Shown: positions 1 to 9,800 of the stretch, one piece after another | How the letters are laid out: every line of letters starts with the position of its first letter | How positions within the stretch are numbered: position 1 is the stretch's first letter | NCBI GenBank assembly: GCA_049578105.1 | Contig: JBAULI010000134.1 | Span: 1-60,345, forward strand | Direction of reading: 5' to 3' | From: Acidimicrobiia bacterium | GTDB lineage: Bacteria; Actinomycetota; Acidimicrobiia; Spongiisociales; ZC4RG35 | DNA length: 60,345 nt | The notes under the pieces: model-generated | The model's input: only the letters and a program-made list of their open reading frames with translations | The model's database searches: none | What the model was told of the DNA's origin: nothing | Program-made: the position numbers and the translations under genes

Positions 1-512
1 GTCTGAACATCGGCATCGGTCTTCTCCACCAGCCGAAGCTGTTGATCCTCGACGAGCCCACGGTCGGGGTAGACCCGCAATCGCGGAATGCGATCCTCGA
101 ATCGGTCGAGCATCTCTCGGATGCCGGACTCGCCGTCCTCTATACGACTCATTACATGGAAGAGGCGGAGAGGCTTTGCGATCGCGTGGCTGTGATAGAC
201 GAGGGATCGGTCAAGGCCGAAGGCACCCGCCGCGAGCTGGTGTCGCTGGTGGGGGAGAGGGATCGGATACATGTCGTGGCAACCGGGGACCTGGCGGGTG
301 CCGCTCGGGTGGCAGGGGATATCGCCGGCGTGTCCAGCGTCTCGACGTCGGACGAGGGTCTCGAGATCCTGGCCTCGGACGCCGGCGCGTTGTTGCCGAA
401 CCTTCTCGGCCGTTTGGCCGGCACCGGGATCACCGTCACCGGTGTCCAGGTGGTCGAGCCGAATCTGGAGGCAGTCTTCCTGCATCTGACCGGCAAGGCG
501 CTACGCGACTAG
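1..512 (+). CDS. ABC transporter ATP-binding protein, C-terminal part (5' end outside window)
   Basis: Frame is open from the window edge (codons phased from nt 3: LNIGIGLLHQPKLLILDEPTVGVDP). Walker B/D-loop LLILDEPT and H-loop TTHYMEE are present. It lies directly upstream of two ABC-2 permease genes. Confidence 0.85.
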   Translation, partial: LNIGIGLLHQPKLLILDEPTVGVDPQSRNAILESVEHLSDAGLAVLYTTHYMEEAERLCDRVAVIDEGSVKAEGTRRELVSLVGERDRIHVVATGDLAGAARVAGDIAGVSSVSTSDEGLEILASDAGALLPNLLGRLAGTGITVTGVQVVEPNLEAVFLHLTGKALRD

Positions 513-550
513 TGCCCTGTTTCATGACGTTGGCGAGGTCGGGGCACTAG

Positions 551-1732
551 ATGAGTGCCGCCAGCCAGATCGCGGCAAAGGACTTGAAGCTCCGGATCCG
601 GGACCGCTCCGTGTTCATCCTCGGTCTCGTCGCCCCGCTTGCGCTTGCACTCATCTTCAACGCCATCTTCGGGAACACCTTCACGACAGGACAGGTCGAC
701 CTCAACTACGGCCTGGTCGATCTGGACGGGTCCCATGTCTCCCAATCGTTCGGCGACCTCATGCGTCAGATAGCGGCGGACGGCACCCTCGATGTGACGA
801 ATTTCGAAACGACAGACCAGGCGGACAAGGCAGTCGAGGACGGCGACATCGATGCCTATGTGCTCTTGAGACCGGGGCTCGAGGAGGCCGCCCTGGCCGG
901 AGATCCCTACACCATCGAAGTGGTCGGTGACATCGACGAGCCGACCTCGACCCAGATCGCCACCTCGATCGCACAGGGCTTCGGGTCCCGGATCGGAGCG
1001 GCCCAGCTCGCGGTCGCCACCGGCTTCGGGCTCATCTCCGGCCCACCTCCAGCCGACGCCGCCACCTGGGGCGAGGAGGCGGCTCAAGCCCCTCCGGCGT
1101 ACAGCCTGGTCGACATGTCGGCGGATACCCGTCAGCTCGACGGGCCCACCTACTTCGCAGCCGGCATGGCGGTGTTCTTCCTCTTCTTCACCGTCCAGTT
1201 CGGCGTGGTGGGATTGCTCGAAGAAGAACGCCAGGGCACCATGGCCCGTCTGCTCGCCGCCCCCATCTCACGGGCGAGTCTGATCGCCGGTAAGGCGATC
1301 CTCTCCTTCCTCCTCGGAATCGTCTCGATGACTGTGCTGGTGTTGGCGACCGCCCTTCTCATGGGTGCCGACTGGGGGCCGCCAATCGGCGTGGCCCTTC
1401 TCGTCACGACGGGTGTCTTGGCCGCCGTCTCGGTCATGGGGTTCGTCGCTGCATTCGCCAGGACACCCGAGGGCGCCGGCAACCTGGGATCGATCGTTGC
1501 CGTCATCCTCGGCATGCTCGGCGGCACCTTCTTTCCGATCGGGCAGGGTGACGACTTGTTGAGCAAGTTGAGCTATCTCACGCCTCATGCCTGGTTCATT
1601 CGTGGCCTTGGCGACATATCAGGTGGGGCCTCATGGTCTGCCGCCCTTCCGGCGGCCGGTGCCATGTTCCTCTTCGCCGTTGTCCTCGGGGCTGCCGGAT
1701 GGTTGGTGCTGGCCAGGAGGTTCGATCGATGA
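551..1732 (+). CDS. ABC-2 type transporter permease
   Basis: 393 aa. One N-terminal TM helix, a large extracytoplasmic domain, then a C-terminal cluster of TM helices (FFLFFTVQFGVVGLLEEERQGTMARLLAAPISR), which is typical of the ABC-2/YhgE-like permease family. Follows the ATPase gene. Confidence 0.8.
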   Translation: MSAASQIAAKDLKLRIRDRSVFILGLVAPLALALIFNAIFGNTFTTGQVDLNYGLVDLDGSHVSQSFGDLMRQIAADGTLDVTNFETTDQADKAVEDGDIDAYVLLRPGLEEAALAGDPYTIEVVGDIDEPTSTQIATSIAQGFGSRIGAAQLAVATGFGLISGPPPADAATWGEEAAQAPPAYSLVDMSADTRQLDGPTYFAAGMAVFFLFFTVQFGVVGLLEEERQGTMARLLAAPISRASLIAGKAILSFLLGIVSMTVLVLATALLMGADWGPPIGVALLVTTGVLAAVSVMGFVAAFARTPEGAGNLGSIVAVILGMLGGTFFPIGQGDDLLSKLSYLTPHAWFIRGLGDISGGASWSAALPAAGAMFLFAVVLGAAGWLVLARRFDR

Positions 1733-2892
1733 AGGTCCTTGCCATCGCCTGGTCCAACGTGCGTCGAATGCTGCGGGAACGCTCCAACATCTTCTTCGTC
1801 TTCATCTTTCCGGTCGCTCTCATCCTCCTGATCGGCGCCCAATTTGGAGGCGACTTCAATCCTCCTGTCGGGATCCACCTTGCAGACTCCGATCCGCTCG
1901 CCATGCAGGTGGCGACCGAGATCGAGGCCGAGGACTCGCTCGACGTTCGGCGTTTCCCGACCAAGGAGGCGCTGACCACGGCGGTCGAGCGTGGAAATGT
2001 GCAGGCGGGAGTGCTGATTCCCTCCGGCATGACCACAACGGCCGAGGCCGGCGGTGCTTCCGAGATCGGGTACGTGGCCCGTCCCGACGGATCAGGCCAG
2101 CAGCTCGCGGCGGTCGTCGATGCGGCGATAGCCCGGGTGATGACCCCGGTCGGGGCGGCTCAGTTCGCCGTCTCGAAGACGGGTGCCGAGTTCGGCGATG
2201 CCCTCGACGTGGCACGATCGTCTCGAGACCTGGCACCTGGCCTCGACGTGGAGCAAACCGCGGTGGGCGAAGCCCTGTTTCCGTCGACACTGGGTCGTTT
2301 CGACCTCGGCGCCGCTCAGCAATTGGTGCTGTTCACCTTCCTCACCGCTCTTGCCGGGTCTGCGGCTCTCATACGAAGCCGCCAGCTGGGGATAACGAGA
2401 AGGATGCTGTCGACGCCAACATCCACCCGGACCGTGGTGATGGGGGAGGGCGCCGGCCGCTGGGCCGTGGCGATGGTGCAAGGCCTCTACATCGTGTTCT
2501 TCACCTTCCTGGCGTTTCGTGTGAACTGGGGCGACCCGATCGGGACCATGGCCATCCTCATCTTCTTCGCCGCCGCAGGAGCCGGGGCAGGCATGCTGAT
2601 GGGATCGACGTTCAACAACGACCAGCAGGCGAGTGGTGTCGGGATCGTTCTCAGCATCGGTCTCGCCGCACTGGGCGGTTGCATGCTCCCTATCGAGTTG
2701 TTCCCCCCAACCCTCAAGACGATCGCCCACATCACGCCACATGCCTGGGCGCTGGATGGCTTCGCCGAGTTGGTGCGACGGGGCGGGACCATCCTCGACA
2801 TCCTGCCGGAGCTCGGCATCCTCGCCCTCTATGCATTGGTCCTGTTGCTGCTCGCAGCCTGGCGTCTGAGATCGGTCATCACACGAGAGTGA
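1729..2892 (+). CDS. ABC-2 type transporter permease (second subunit)
   Basis: The ATG at 1729 overlaps the upstream TGA (ATGA). Begins MKVLAIAWSNVRRMLRERSNIFFVFIFP and has the same architecture as the preceding permease. The track ORF start at 1633 is an upstream extension inside the previous gene. Confidence 0.8.
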   Translation: MKVLAIAWSNVRRMLRERSNIFFVFIFPVALILLIGAQFGGDFNPPVGIHLADSDPLAMQVATEIEAEDSLDVRRFPTKEALTTAVERGNVQAGVLIPSGMTTTAEAGGASEIGYVARPDGSGQQLAAVVDAAIARVMTPVGAAQFAVSKTGAEFGDALDVARSSRDLAPGLDVEQTAVGEALFPSTLGRFDLGAAQQLVLFTFLTALAGSAALIRSRQLGITRRMLSTPTSTRTVVMGEGAGRWAVAMVQGLYIVFFTFLAFRVNWGDPIGTMAILIFFAAAGAGAGMLMGSTFNNDQQASGVGIVLSIGLAALGGCMLPIELFPPTLKTIAHITPHAWALDGFAELVRRGGTILDILPELGILALYALVLLLLAAWRLRSVITRE

Positions 2893-2899
2893 TGTTTGA

Positions 2900-3502
2900 A
2901 TGAGCCCGGTGGATGGCGAAAACAGCGCTCAGAATGCCATCGGGTGCTTCGGGCAGGCCCTGAGCCTCATCGGTTTTGCGTGGGCAGGTCTCGTGGTTCT
3001 CGGCGGCCTGGGGATCCTGGACCGGCTCGGCCTGAGCCCCGCCCTCCTGGCCGGTCTGGCCGGTTCGATCATTCCGGCGTTCTTCTTCATCGCCGTGGGC
3101 AGGGCGATCCGGAGTCGCTCACGTCGCGAGACGCGAAGGGCCTCTACGACCGGTGCTTCGCCTCGCGGGCCGGTTCGGGCCGACCCGTCGGGACGAAGGC
3201 CCAAACCACCGGCGACACCCCCCGTCCTCCCCGGGCGCAAAGGACCCGGCCCGGCTATACCGCCGCCGATCCCGGCGCCGGTGCCCCGGCCCGCGGTGCG
3301 TGATGAATCATCACCCAACCCCCCGGTCGTGACGGCTCGGATGGACGACCCTCCTGCTCCTGTCTTGGAAGACCAGCGTTTCGTCGGCGTCGAATACCCA
3401 TCGACGACACCACGCTCGAAGACGTCGGGCATGGCGAAGCCCAAGACGAGTCAGGAGATGATCGAAGAGGCGCGGAAGAAGTGGGGGACCAAGAACCGAT
3501 AG
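2900..3502 (+). CDS. hypothetical membrane protein with proline-rich tail
   Basis: 200 aa. Two predicted TM helices (LSLIGFAWAGLVVLGGLGIL, LAGLAGSIIPAFFFIAVG), a Pro/Arg-rich low-complexity region, and a basic C-terminus. I recognise no family. Confidence 0.45.
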   Translation: MSPVDGENSAQNAIGCFGQALSLIGFAWAGLVVLGGLGILDRLGLSPALLAGLAGSIIPAFFFIAVGRAIRSRSRRETRRASTTGASPRGPVRADPSGRRPKPPATPPVLPGRKGPGPAIPPPIPAPVPRPAVRDESSPNPPVVTARMDDPPAPVLEDQRFVGVEYPSTTPRSKTSGMAKPKTSQEMIEEARKKWGTKNR

Positions 3503-3506
3503 GGCG

Positions 3507-5768
3507 TCAAAGCCCGGCCGCGGCCAATCTCCTCGCCGTGCGCACCTCGGCGGCGAACTCCATTCGCCGCTGCCTGGTCTCGGGCCCCTCCTCGATGAGG
3601 TCCCGGTTTCTTGCCAGGTCGAGAGCAGATTTGAAGAGAACCTGACTGGCGCTCTCGCCGGAAATGAGCCTTTCCTCGATCCGGTACATGCGTGCTCGAT
3701 CCAAACAAGCCTTTAGGAAGGGCTTCTCGTCGAATCGCCCCTTCATCGCCTCGAGCTCGTCTCCAACGACCTGATATGCGTCGAGGAAGGGCAGCACCGA
3801 CCAGTAGGCGAGCGGTTCCGGCATGGCATCCAAGACGGCGCCAGGCCCGTCGTCCCGAATCATCCCGGCCCAACCTGTGACGTCCAGAGAGATGTCGTCG
3901 GCCACCTCCTCCAGGAAAGCCTCCTTGTCCGGGAAGAAGAACTCGAACTTCAGCAGGTCCCTCAAGGCGAGCATCGAGCCCTCGATGGTCTCGATGTCGC
4001 CTCCCCCCGTCTCCACTGCGGCGCGGAGCGCCACTTCGGCGATGGCCCGATTCACGAAGTAGTGGACGATGACGTTGCGGTAATAGGAGATGCGGATCAT
4101 CTGGTCCTCGTCGAGCCAGAAGACCTTTCTCTCCAGGGCTTCGTGCTGGCTCACGTAGCCGTTTTCGGACAGCCAGTCGAGGATCGCTTCGACATTGGCG
4201 GCATCGAGGTGCTCGGTGGTGGGTAGGCCGCGCGCCTCGATGAAGGCTATGAGCCTGCGACACTCGTCCTCGAGTTGCACGATCGACCGGGCTGCGCCGC
4301 GGGCCGCCAGTAGGGCGACGCTGACGAGCGCGGTCGGGGTGATCGGAGTCACCCGGGCGATCCGGTACATCACCTCGAATGCCAGTTTCTGCAGACCCAC
4401 GGAGCTCTCGTCGTCTCCCTCGATCGACCCGATCACCGAGCTGACGGCCACGGGCTCGGCGAAGCGGATGTGAATGTCGCCATAGCGACGGCGAAGTGAG
4501 CGAATCGCCCGGACGAGCCAGCCGAGCGACTCCTTCTCCTTCGTCTTGCCCTGCGCCTCCCGGGCGTAGTCGGGCACGTCCTGGATCTGGTCGTATGCAA
4601 TAGAGACTGGCACGAACTGGATTTCCTCGGCCTTGCCTCGTCGATAGGCGTCGACGACGTAGCTCAACAGCCCGAGGCGGGGTGGCAGCAGCTTCCCGGA
4701 TCGGGAGCGCCCGCCCTCCATGTACCACTCCAGAGGGAACCGCTTCTCGACCAGATAGTCGATGTAGGCGAGCAGCACGGTTCGATAGAGGGGGTTGTCC
4801 TTGAAGGTTCGTCGGATGAAGAAGACCCCCGTTCGCCGGACCAGTGGCCCGACCGGGAAGAAGTTGAGGTTGATGCCGCCGGCCGTGTGGTTGGGTGGCA
4901 GATCGTTCTCCCAGAGCATGAACTGGAGACTGAGGCGATCGAGGTTGGACCGGTGGGAAGGCAGGAACACGACCGTCTGGCCGGCCAGCCCGGCAATCAT
5001 CTGAACGTCGGCCTCGGAGTACCGAATCTCCGAGTAGCCCTGGCTGTAGAGCTTGTGTATGGCATTGGCGATGAGATCGATGACATGAGGTGAGTGGGTG
5101 GCAGCGATCTCACGTAGGTATCGCTCCGCCTTTTCCAGGGCGACCACGTCGGGTGTGCCAGTTCGCTTCGCCACGTCGGACACCGCTTCGACGAACTCAC
5201 GGCGAGACAGGATCGCCTCCGGCACGAACCTCGGGATCTTGTAGCGGTTGCCACGCAATCTGCGCTCTGCCCGATCGAGCACGAGCCAGGCTCGTCGGGT
5301 CACGTAACTGGTGAGAGGCTCAACCTGTCCGGACGTCTCGAAGTCCCTGGCCATCTCCGAGGCCTGGGCCCCACGGGCTGCGATGAAACGGACCCGCCCC
5401 GGGCGGAACGCCCGAATCCACCTCGCCCGAAGCGGCTTGGGATCACGTGGGTCACCCAGACGAAGCAGGTCGAGCCAGCTGACAGACCTCCTCCCGTCCT
5501 GTTTTGGCGCGAGCCAAACCACCCTGGCGGGAATCAGGAATTTGTCGCTGGGCGAGACGAGCAGGTCAGCCAACCTCTGAGTTTCTCCTCCACGACCCTT
5601 TCTAGAAGAGGTGATCCGAAGCGTCTCGGGGTCTGAGCCGAGCTCGGAGCGGAGCCACCTCGACAGCATCGACACCTCGAGATCCGAGGCCGCGTCGAGG
5701 AGATACACAACCGGGACACCAGGCGGGCCGGTCAGGAATTCGGTGCTTGTGCTCCCATGTCTCGCCAC
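3507..5768 (-). CDS. plsB: glycerol-3-phosphate 1-O-acyltransferase (PlsB type)
   Basis: 753 aa. Acyltransferase H(X)4D motif in VFLPSHRSNLDRLSL, followed by the FFIRRTF and GGRSRSGKLLPPRLG blocks typical of PlsB-type GPAT. Confidence 0.8.
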   Translation of the reverse strand: MARHGSTSTEFLTGPPGVPVVYLLDAASDLEVSMLSRWLRSELGSDPETLRITSSRKGRGGETQRLADLLVSPSDKFLIPARVVWLAPKQDGRRSVSWLDLLRLGDPRDPKPLRARWIRAFRPGRVRFIAARGAQASEMARDFETSGQVEPLTSYVTRRAWLVLDRAERRLRGNRYKIPRFVPEAILSRREFVEAVSDVAKRTGTPDVVALEKAERYLREIAATHSPHVIDLIANAIHKLYSQGYSEIRYSEADVQMIAGLAGQTVVFLPSHRSNLDRLSLQFMLWENDLPPNHTAGGINLNFFPVGPLVRRTGVFFIRRTFKDNPLYRTVLLAYIDYLVEKRFPLEWYMEGGRSRSGKLLPPRLGLLSYVVDAYRRGKAEEIQFVPVSIAYDQIQDVPDYAREAQGKTKEKESLGWLVRAIRSLRRRYGDIHIRFAEPVAVSSVIGSIEGDDESSVGLQKLAFEVMYRIARVTPITPTALVSVALLAARGAARSIVQLEDECRRLIAFIEARGLPTTEHLDAANVEAILDWLSENGYVSQHEALERKVFWLDEDQMIRISYYRNVIVHYFVNRAIAEVALRAAVETGGGDIETIEGSMLALRDLLKFEFFFPDKEAFLEEVADDISLDVTGWAGMIRDDGPGAVLDAMPEPLAYWSVLPFLDAYQVVGDELEAMKGRFDEKPFLKACLDRARMYRIEERLISGESASQVLFKSALDLARNRDLIEEGPETRQRRMEFAAEVRTARRLAAAGL

Positions 5769-5803
5769 GAGGTCACTCTATTGGCCTGCAACAATCCCAT
5801 TTC

Positions 5804-6259
5804 GTGCGATTGGTGGTCCAGCGAGTCTCGTCGGCGTCGGTCACCGTCGGGGCGTCCCGCGTCGCCTCGATCGGGCTCGGTCTGCTCGTGCTCGTCGGCA
5901 TCGCACCCACCGACGAGCCCGCCGACGTCGCCGTGGCGGCGAGGAAACTTCCCGTGCTTCGGTTATTCCCGGATGACTCGGGTGCGATGAACCGGTCTCT
6001 GGTCGAGGTGGGCGGCTCCATCCTGGCCGTCAGTCAATTCACGCTCCTCGCCGATGTCACCAAGGGCCGGCGCCCGTCGTTCACCGCTGCCGCACCACCC
6101 GAAACGGCCGCTCCGCTCTTCGAAGAGCTGGTCGAGCGGATCGCGGCCGGTGGGGTCACGGTCGAGAGTGGTGTCTTCGGGGCGCTCATGGAGGTGGAAT
6201 TGGTCAACGACGGGCCGGTCACCCTGATCCTCGAGATCAGCCGGGGGCGGATTCTCTGA
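5804..6259 (+). CDS. dtd: D-aminoacyl-tRNA deacylase
   Basis: A GTG at 5804 gives the canonical N-terminus VRLVVQRVSSASV. The SQFTLLADVTKGRRPSF and NDGPVTLILE blocks are characteristic of Dtd. The longer track ORF (5747) would overlap the plsB start. Confidence 0.85.
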   Translation: MRLVVQRVSSASVTVGASRVASIGLGLLVLVGIAPTDEPADVAVAARKLPVLRLFPDDSGAMNRSLVEVGGSILAVSQFTLLADVTKGRRPSFTAAAPPETAAPLFEELVERIAAGGVTVESGVFGALMEVELVNDGPVTLILEISRGRIL

Positions 6260-6836
6260 GTGGGTGTCGCGCATCGAAGAAGTGTTTTTGGAACATGACC
6301 ACACTCGCCCCGATTCCAATTATCGGGAGGAGTGTGAGGTCATCGATTCCCCAAGCTGTGCCCAGATCGAGAGGGCCCCAGAGGAGCGATGAGATGGACA
6401 ACACGCCCAAGGCCGCCAGCGCCCCCTTTCCCGAGGACCGAGTCAGGTAGGTGACGACGACCAGGAGCACGAGAAGAAGTGGCAGGACCGTCGGCCACGC
6501 TCCTGCCAGCACACCGGCGGTGATACTGAGGCCCTTCCCTCCTTCGAATCGATACCAAACGTTGTAGACGTTGCCCACGATCGCCCCGACACCGCCCACC
6601 ACCACCGCGATATCGCCGCCTATCAGGTGACCGACGGCCACCACGAGCAATCCCTTTCCCATTTCGACCACCAGGACCGCCAAACCGAGTGTCGGCCCAC
6701 CGAGCCGGTTTGCATTGTTGGCCCCGGGGTTCCTCGAGCCGGACCCCCGAAGGTCGACGCCGCGAAGCCGCCCCAGCCAAACGGCAGTGGGGAGAGAGCC
6801 GATGGCGTAGCCGACGACCAGGGCCGCGAGGATCAC
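6237..6836 (-). CDS. plsY: acyl-phosphate:glycerol-3-phosphate acyltransferase PlsY
   Basis: Multi-TM protein with the PlsY signature GSGSRNPGANNANRLGG. The GTG at 6836 overlaps the adnB stop (GTGA) and gives the typical start VILAALVVGYAIGSLP. An alternative ATG lies at 6899. The 3' end overlaps the dtd 3' end by 23 nt (convergent). Confidence 0.8.
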   Translation of the reverse strand: MILAALVVGYAIGSLPTAVWLGRLRGVDLRGSGSRNPGANNANRLGGPTLGLAVLVVEMGKGLLVVAVGHLIGGDIAVVVGGVGAIVGNVYNVWYRFEGGKGLSITAGVLAGAWPTVLPLLLVLLVVVTYLTRSSGKGALAALGVLSISSLLWGPLDLGTAWGIDDLTLLPIIGIGASVVMFQKHFFDARHPLRESAPG

Positions 6837-9800
6837 TCTCCGGACACCTCCTGGAGACCCGGCCCGCAGAACCTCAAGAAGTCGCAATGCCGGCACCATG
6901 GCCCTGGCGTCGCATCGAATCGTCCGGCCTCGATGGCATCGGTCAGGTCCTCTAGGTGCGTCTTGGCTTGGCGCCGCCACTCGGCGTCTGCCGGTCGGCT
7001 GCTCACCTCCAGGCCACCACCGAGATACACGAACGAAACGGTGACCTCCTCTGGCATGGGGGGGCCGAAGTCGACCTGGACGGCGGCGACGGCGTACGCC
7101 TCGAGTTGAACGACCCGGGCCGGGTCATCGCTGGGACGGCCGCTCTTGAAGTCGACTATCTCCCAGGAGCCGCCGTCTATGTAAACGGCGTCGATTCGGC
7201 CGCGCACCTCGTAGTCATTCGACAGCACGAGGTTGAATGGTGATTCGACGAGGGTGGCGCTTCGCTTGCCGTATCGGGAGCTCTCGAAGGCTTCGAATCC
7301 GCCTCCGACGATCCCCCCATCGCCAATGGCGTCATACATGTCGGGCCTCATCTCCTCGAAAGGGACCTGGCCCCGTTGATACAGCTCGATCTTCCGATGC
7401 AGCTCGGTACCGGCCGTTGCTGCGGGGTTTCGGCGTCTCGGAAGGGGGTCGACCTCGCTCCAGAAGAATCGCTTGGGGCATTGCGCGTAGGTGACCAAGC
7501 CCGTCACCGACACCTGTCGTCTCTCCGGGCCTACTGCCGACGCCGTCTCCACGGTCGCCAGGTCGAAGAGGGTTTGGATCGTGGCCTCGGCGCGTCGGCG
7601 CATCTCGTTCTCGTGGCCCAGATCGCGAGCCAGGGTCGCCGGGTAGCCCTCATCGTCGATGGCTCGTCTCAAGGCCCCATCCCAACCTTCAACGAAGAGG
7701 GGATCGGGCGTGACCCCTTCGTCGGTCGTGATGAGCAATTCAGGGCGGGGAGTCTCTTCGGCGTGGCCTTCCACGATCGTGCGCTCATCCTCCTCGATCA
7801 TGTTGAACAGGGCGGACGGCTTCTTGGCCGTCGTCGAGGGCTCTGGCAACCCGTACCAATAGGCGCCGGTCACGATCAGCGTCGAGCGTGCCCTGGTTGC
7901 GGCGACATATGCGACCCGCCACTCCTGGAGGTCGTTGCGAGCCTTGAAGTATTCCTTTCGACCTGCTTCATCGAGCGGCATGTCGTCGAGGACCTCGTCG
8001 ATTCGGAACTCCGGCGGTAGGTACTCGGCGAATCGGAGGGGATCCGGGTATTGCTGCGACTGCCCCGGGAAGCTCTTCTCCGTGACGGCCGGGATGACCA
8101 CGACCTCCCATTCCAGGCCCTTGGCGCGATGGACAGTGACCAGGGTCACGGCGTCTTCACCGGATAGGTGGGCGGAGTCCAACTCCTCGGCGGGCTCGTC
8201 TTCCATCGCATCGAGGTAGTCCAGGAATGCGCCCAGCGACGGCCTCCCCACCAGCGGGCTCCAGTCCTCGGTGAGGTCGAGCAGACGGTAGAGATTGAGG
8301 CGGGCGGTGGTCCGCTGGCTCGGGGGCAGGGCCTCGATGTCCTGCCAGGCACGGATGCGATCGAGGGTGAGGCGGGCTGTCTCCACGAGACTCATTCCCT
8401 GGATCTCGCCGAGCAACCCTCGATAGGTGTCGAGGAAGTGAGCGAGGGCCGGCCTCGCTTCCGGGCGCAGGTCTGTGACGTCGTCCAGGTGCTCGATCGC
8501 CTCCAACAGAGAGACCGCCGGGATGTCATCGGCGTCGAGATCGAGGTCGCGATCGTCGCGGCTGCGGTCGATGAGCCAATTGGTCAGGGGAGCCAGGTCG
8601 GCCAGACCGAGTCGATAGCGGCTCCCGAACAATATCTGGGTCAATGCCCCACTGTCCTGGGGTCTCTCGAGGATCGACAGCCACGATCTCAGCTCACCCA
8701 CCTCCGGGACGGAGAGGAGGCCCCCGAGGTTGGCGACCTCGACGGGGATGTCATGTCGTGACATCGAATCGACGACGACCGCGAAGTCCTTGTTCTTTCG
8801 GAACAGCACTGCCATCTCGCTCCATGGCGTCCCGTCCTGATGCAGGGACTCGAGTCGTCGGGCGATCCAATCGGCCTCTGCGATCGCATCTGTGGCCCAG
8901 TGGGTGATCACGACACCGGGCGCCTCTGGGTCTTGAGAGATCAGATCGGGTGCCTCGGGGTTGGCTCTCTTCCGGATCTGGTTGGCGATGTGGAGGATCG
9001 GGTCGGCAGATCGTCGATTGAGGGTGAGCGAGAGGGTGTCGGCGGGAACACCACCGATGTTGCGGAAGTGATCCGGGAATTGCTCGAAGTTCTCCGCCGA
9101 AGCCCCTCTCCACTCATAGATCGTCTGGTCCTCGTCGCCAACGGCTATGACCGGGACCCCTGTGGCGAAGATGGTCGTCAGCAAAGCCCTCTGTGCCGGG
9201 TTGGTGTCCTGGTACTCATCGAGGACAACGGTCTGATAGCGACGCTGGATCTCCTTTGCCAGATCCGGGTTGTCTTCCATAAGCCGATGCGAGAGGGTCA
9301 CCAGATCCGAGTAGTCGACGACACCCAGCCGACGCTTGTCGAGCTCGTATCGGCTCAGAGTCTCCAGCATCTCCAGCCGCTTCGCCCATATGTCGTCATC
9401 GGGTCGCGCCGATCCCAGCAGGTCGACCGGCATCAACAGATGATCGCCGAGACGATCACCGAGAAGCCGGATCTTGTCGACTCCACCCGAATAGGTGATG
9501 TCCAAGTGCTCATAGGAGGTGTGTTGAAAGGATTCCGTGAGGATCTGGCGGGAGAAGGTCGGCGTGATCACACGCAGGGGGCCCCTGAGACCGGCGAGGG
9601 CGCCAAACTCCCCGAGGATCTGGGCGGCGAACCCGTGATAGGTGTGAACTTCGGCCTGCCGACCCTCGTCGATCTCTTCGCCAAGGAAGAGCTTGACCCT
9701 CTCTGCCAACTCCGCTGCGGCCTTGTTGGTGAAGGTGATACCCAGAACGCGCTCGGGGTCGATGCCGTGATTGGCGACCAGGTTGGCGATCACCATGGCG

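Noticed and set aside
3451-4728. Long ORFs lying antisense to, or out of frame with, well-supported genes. Examples: 3451-4728(-), 8840-10162(+), 20136-21194(-), 23240-24460(-), 34941-36740(-), 40808-41668(-), 46015-47091(-), 49114-50400(+).
   Set aside because: Their translations are dominated by Arg/Pro/Gly/Ser runs with no motifs, which is the usual stop-poor shadow-frame pattern of GC-rich DNA. In every case another frame encodes a protein with clear family signatures.
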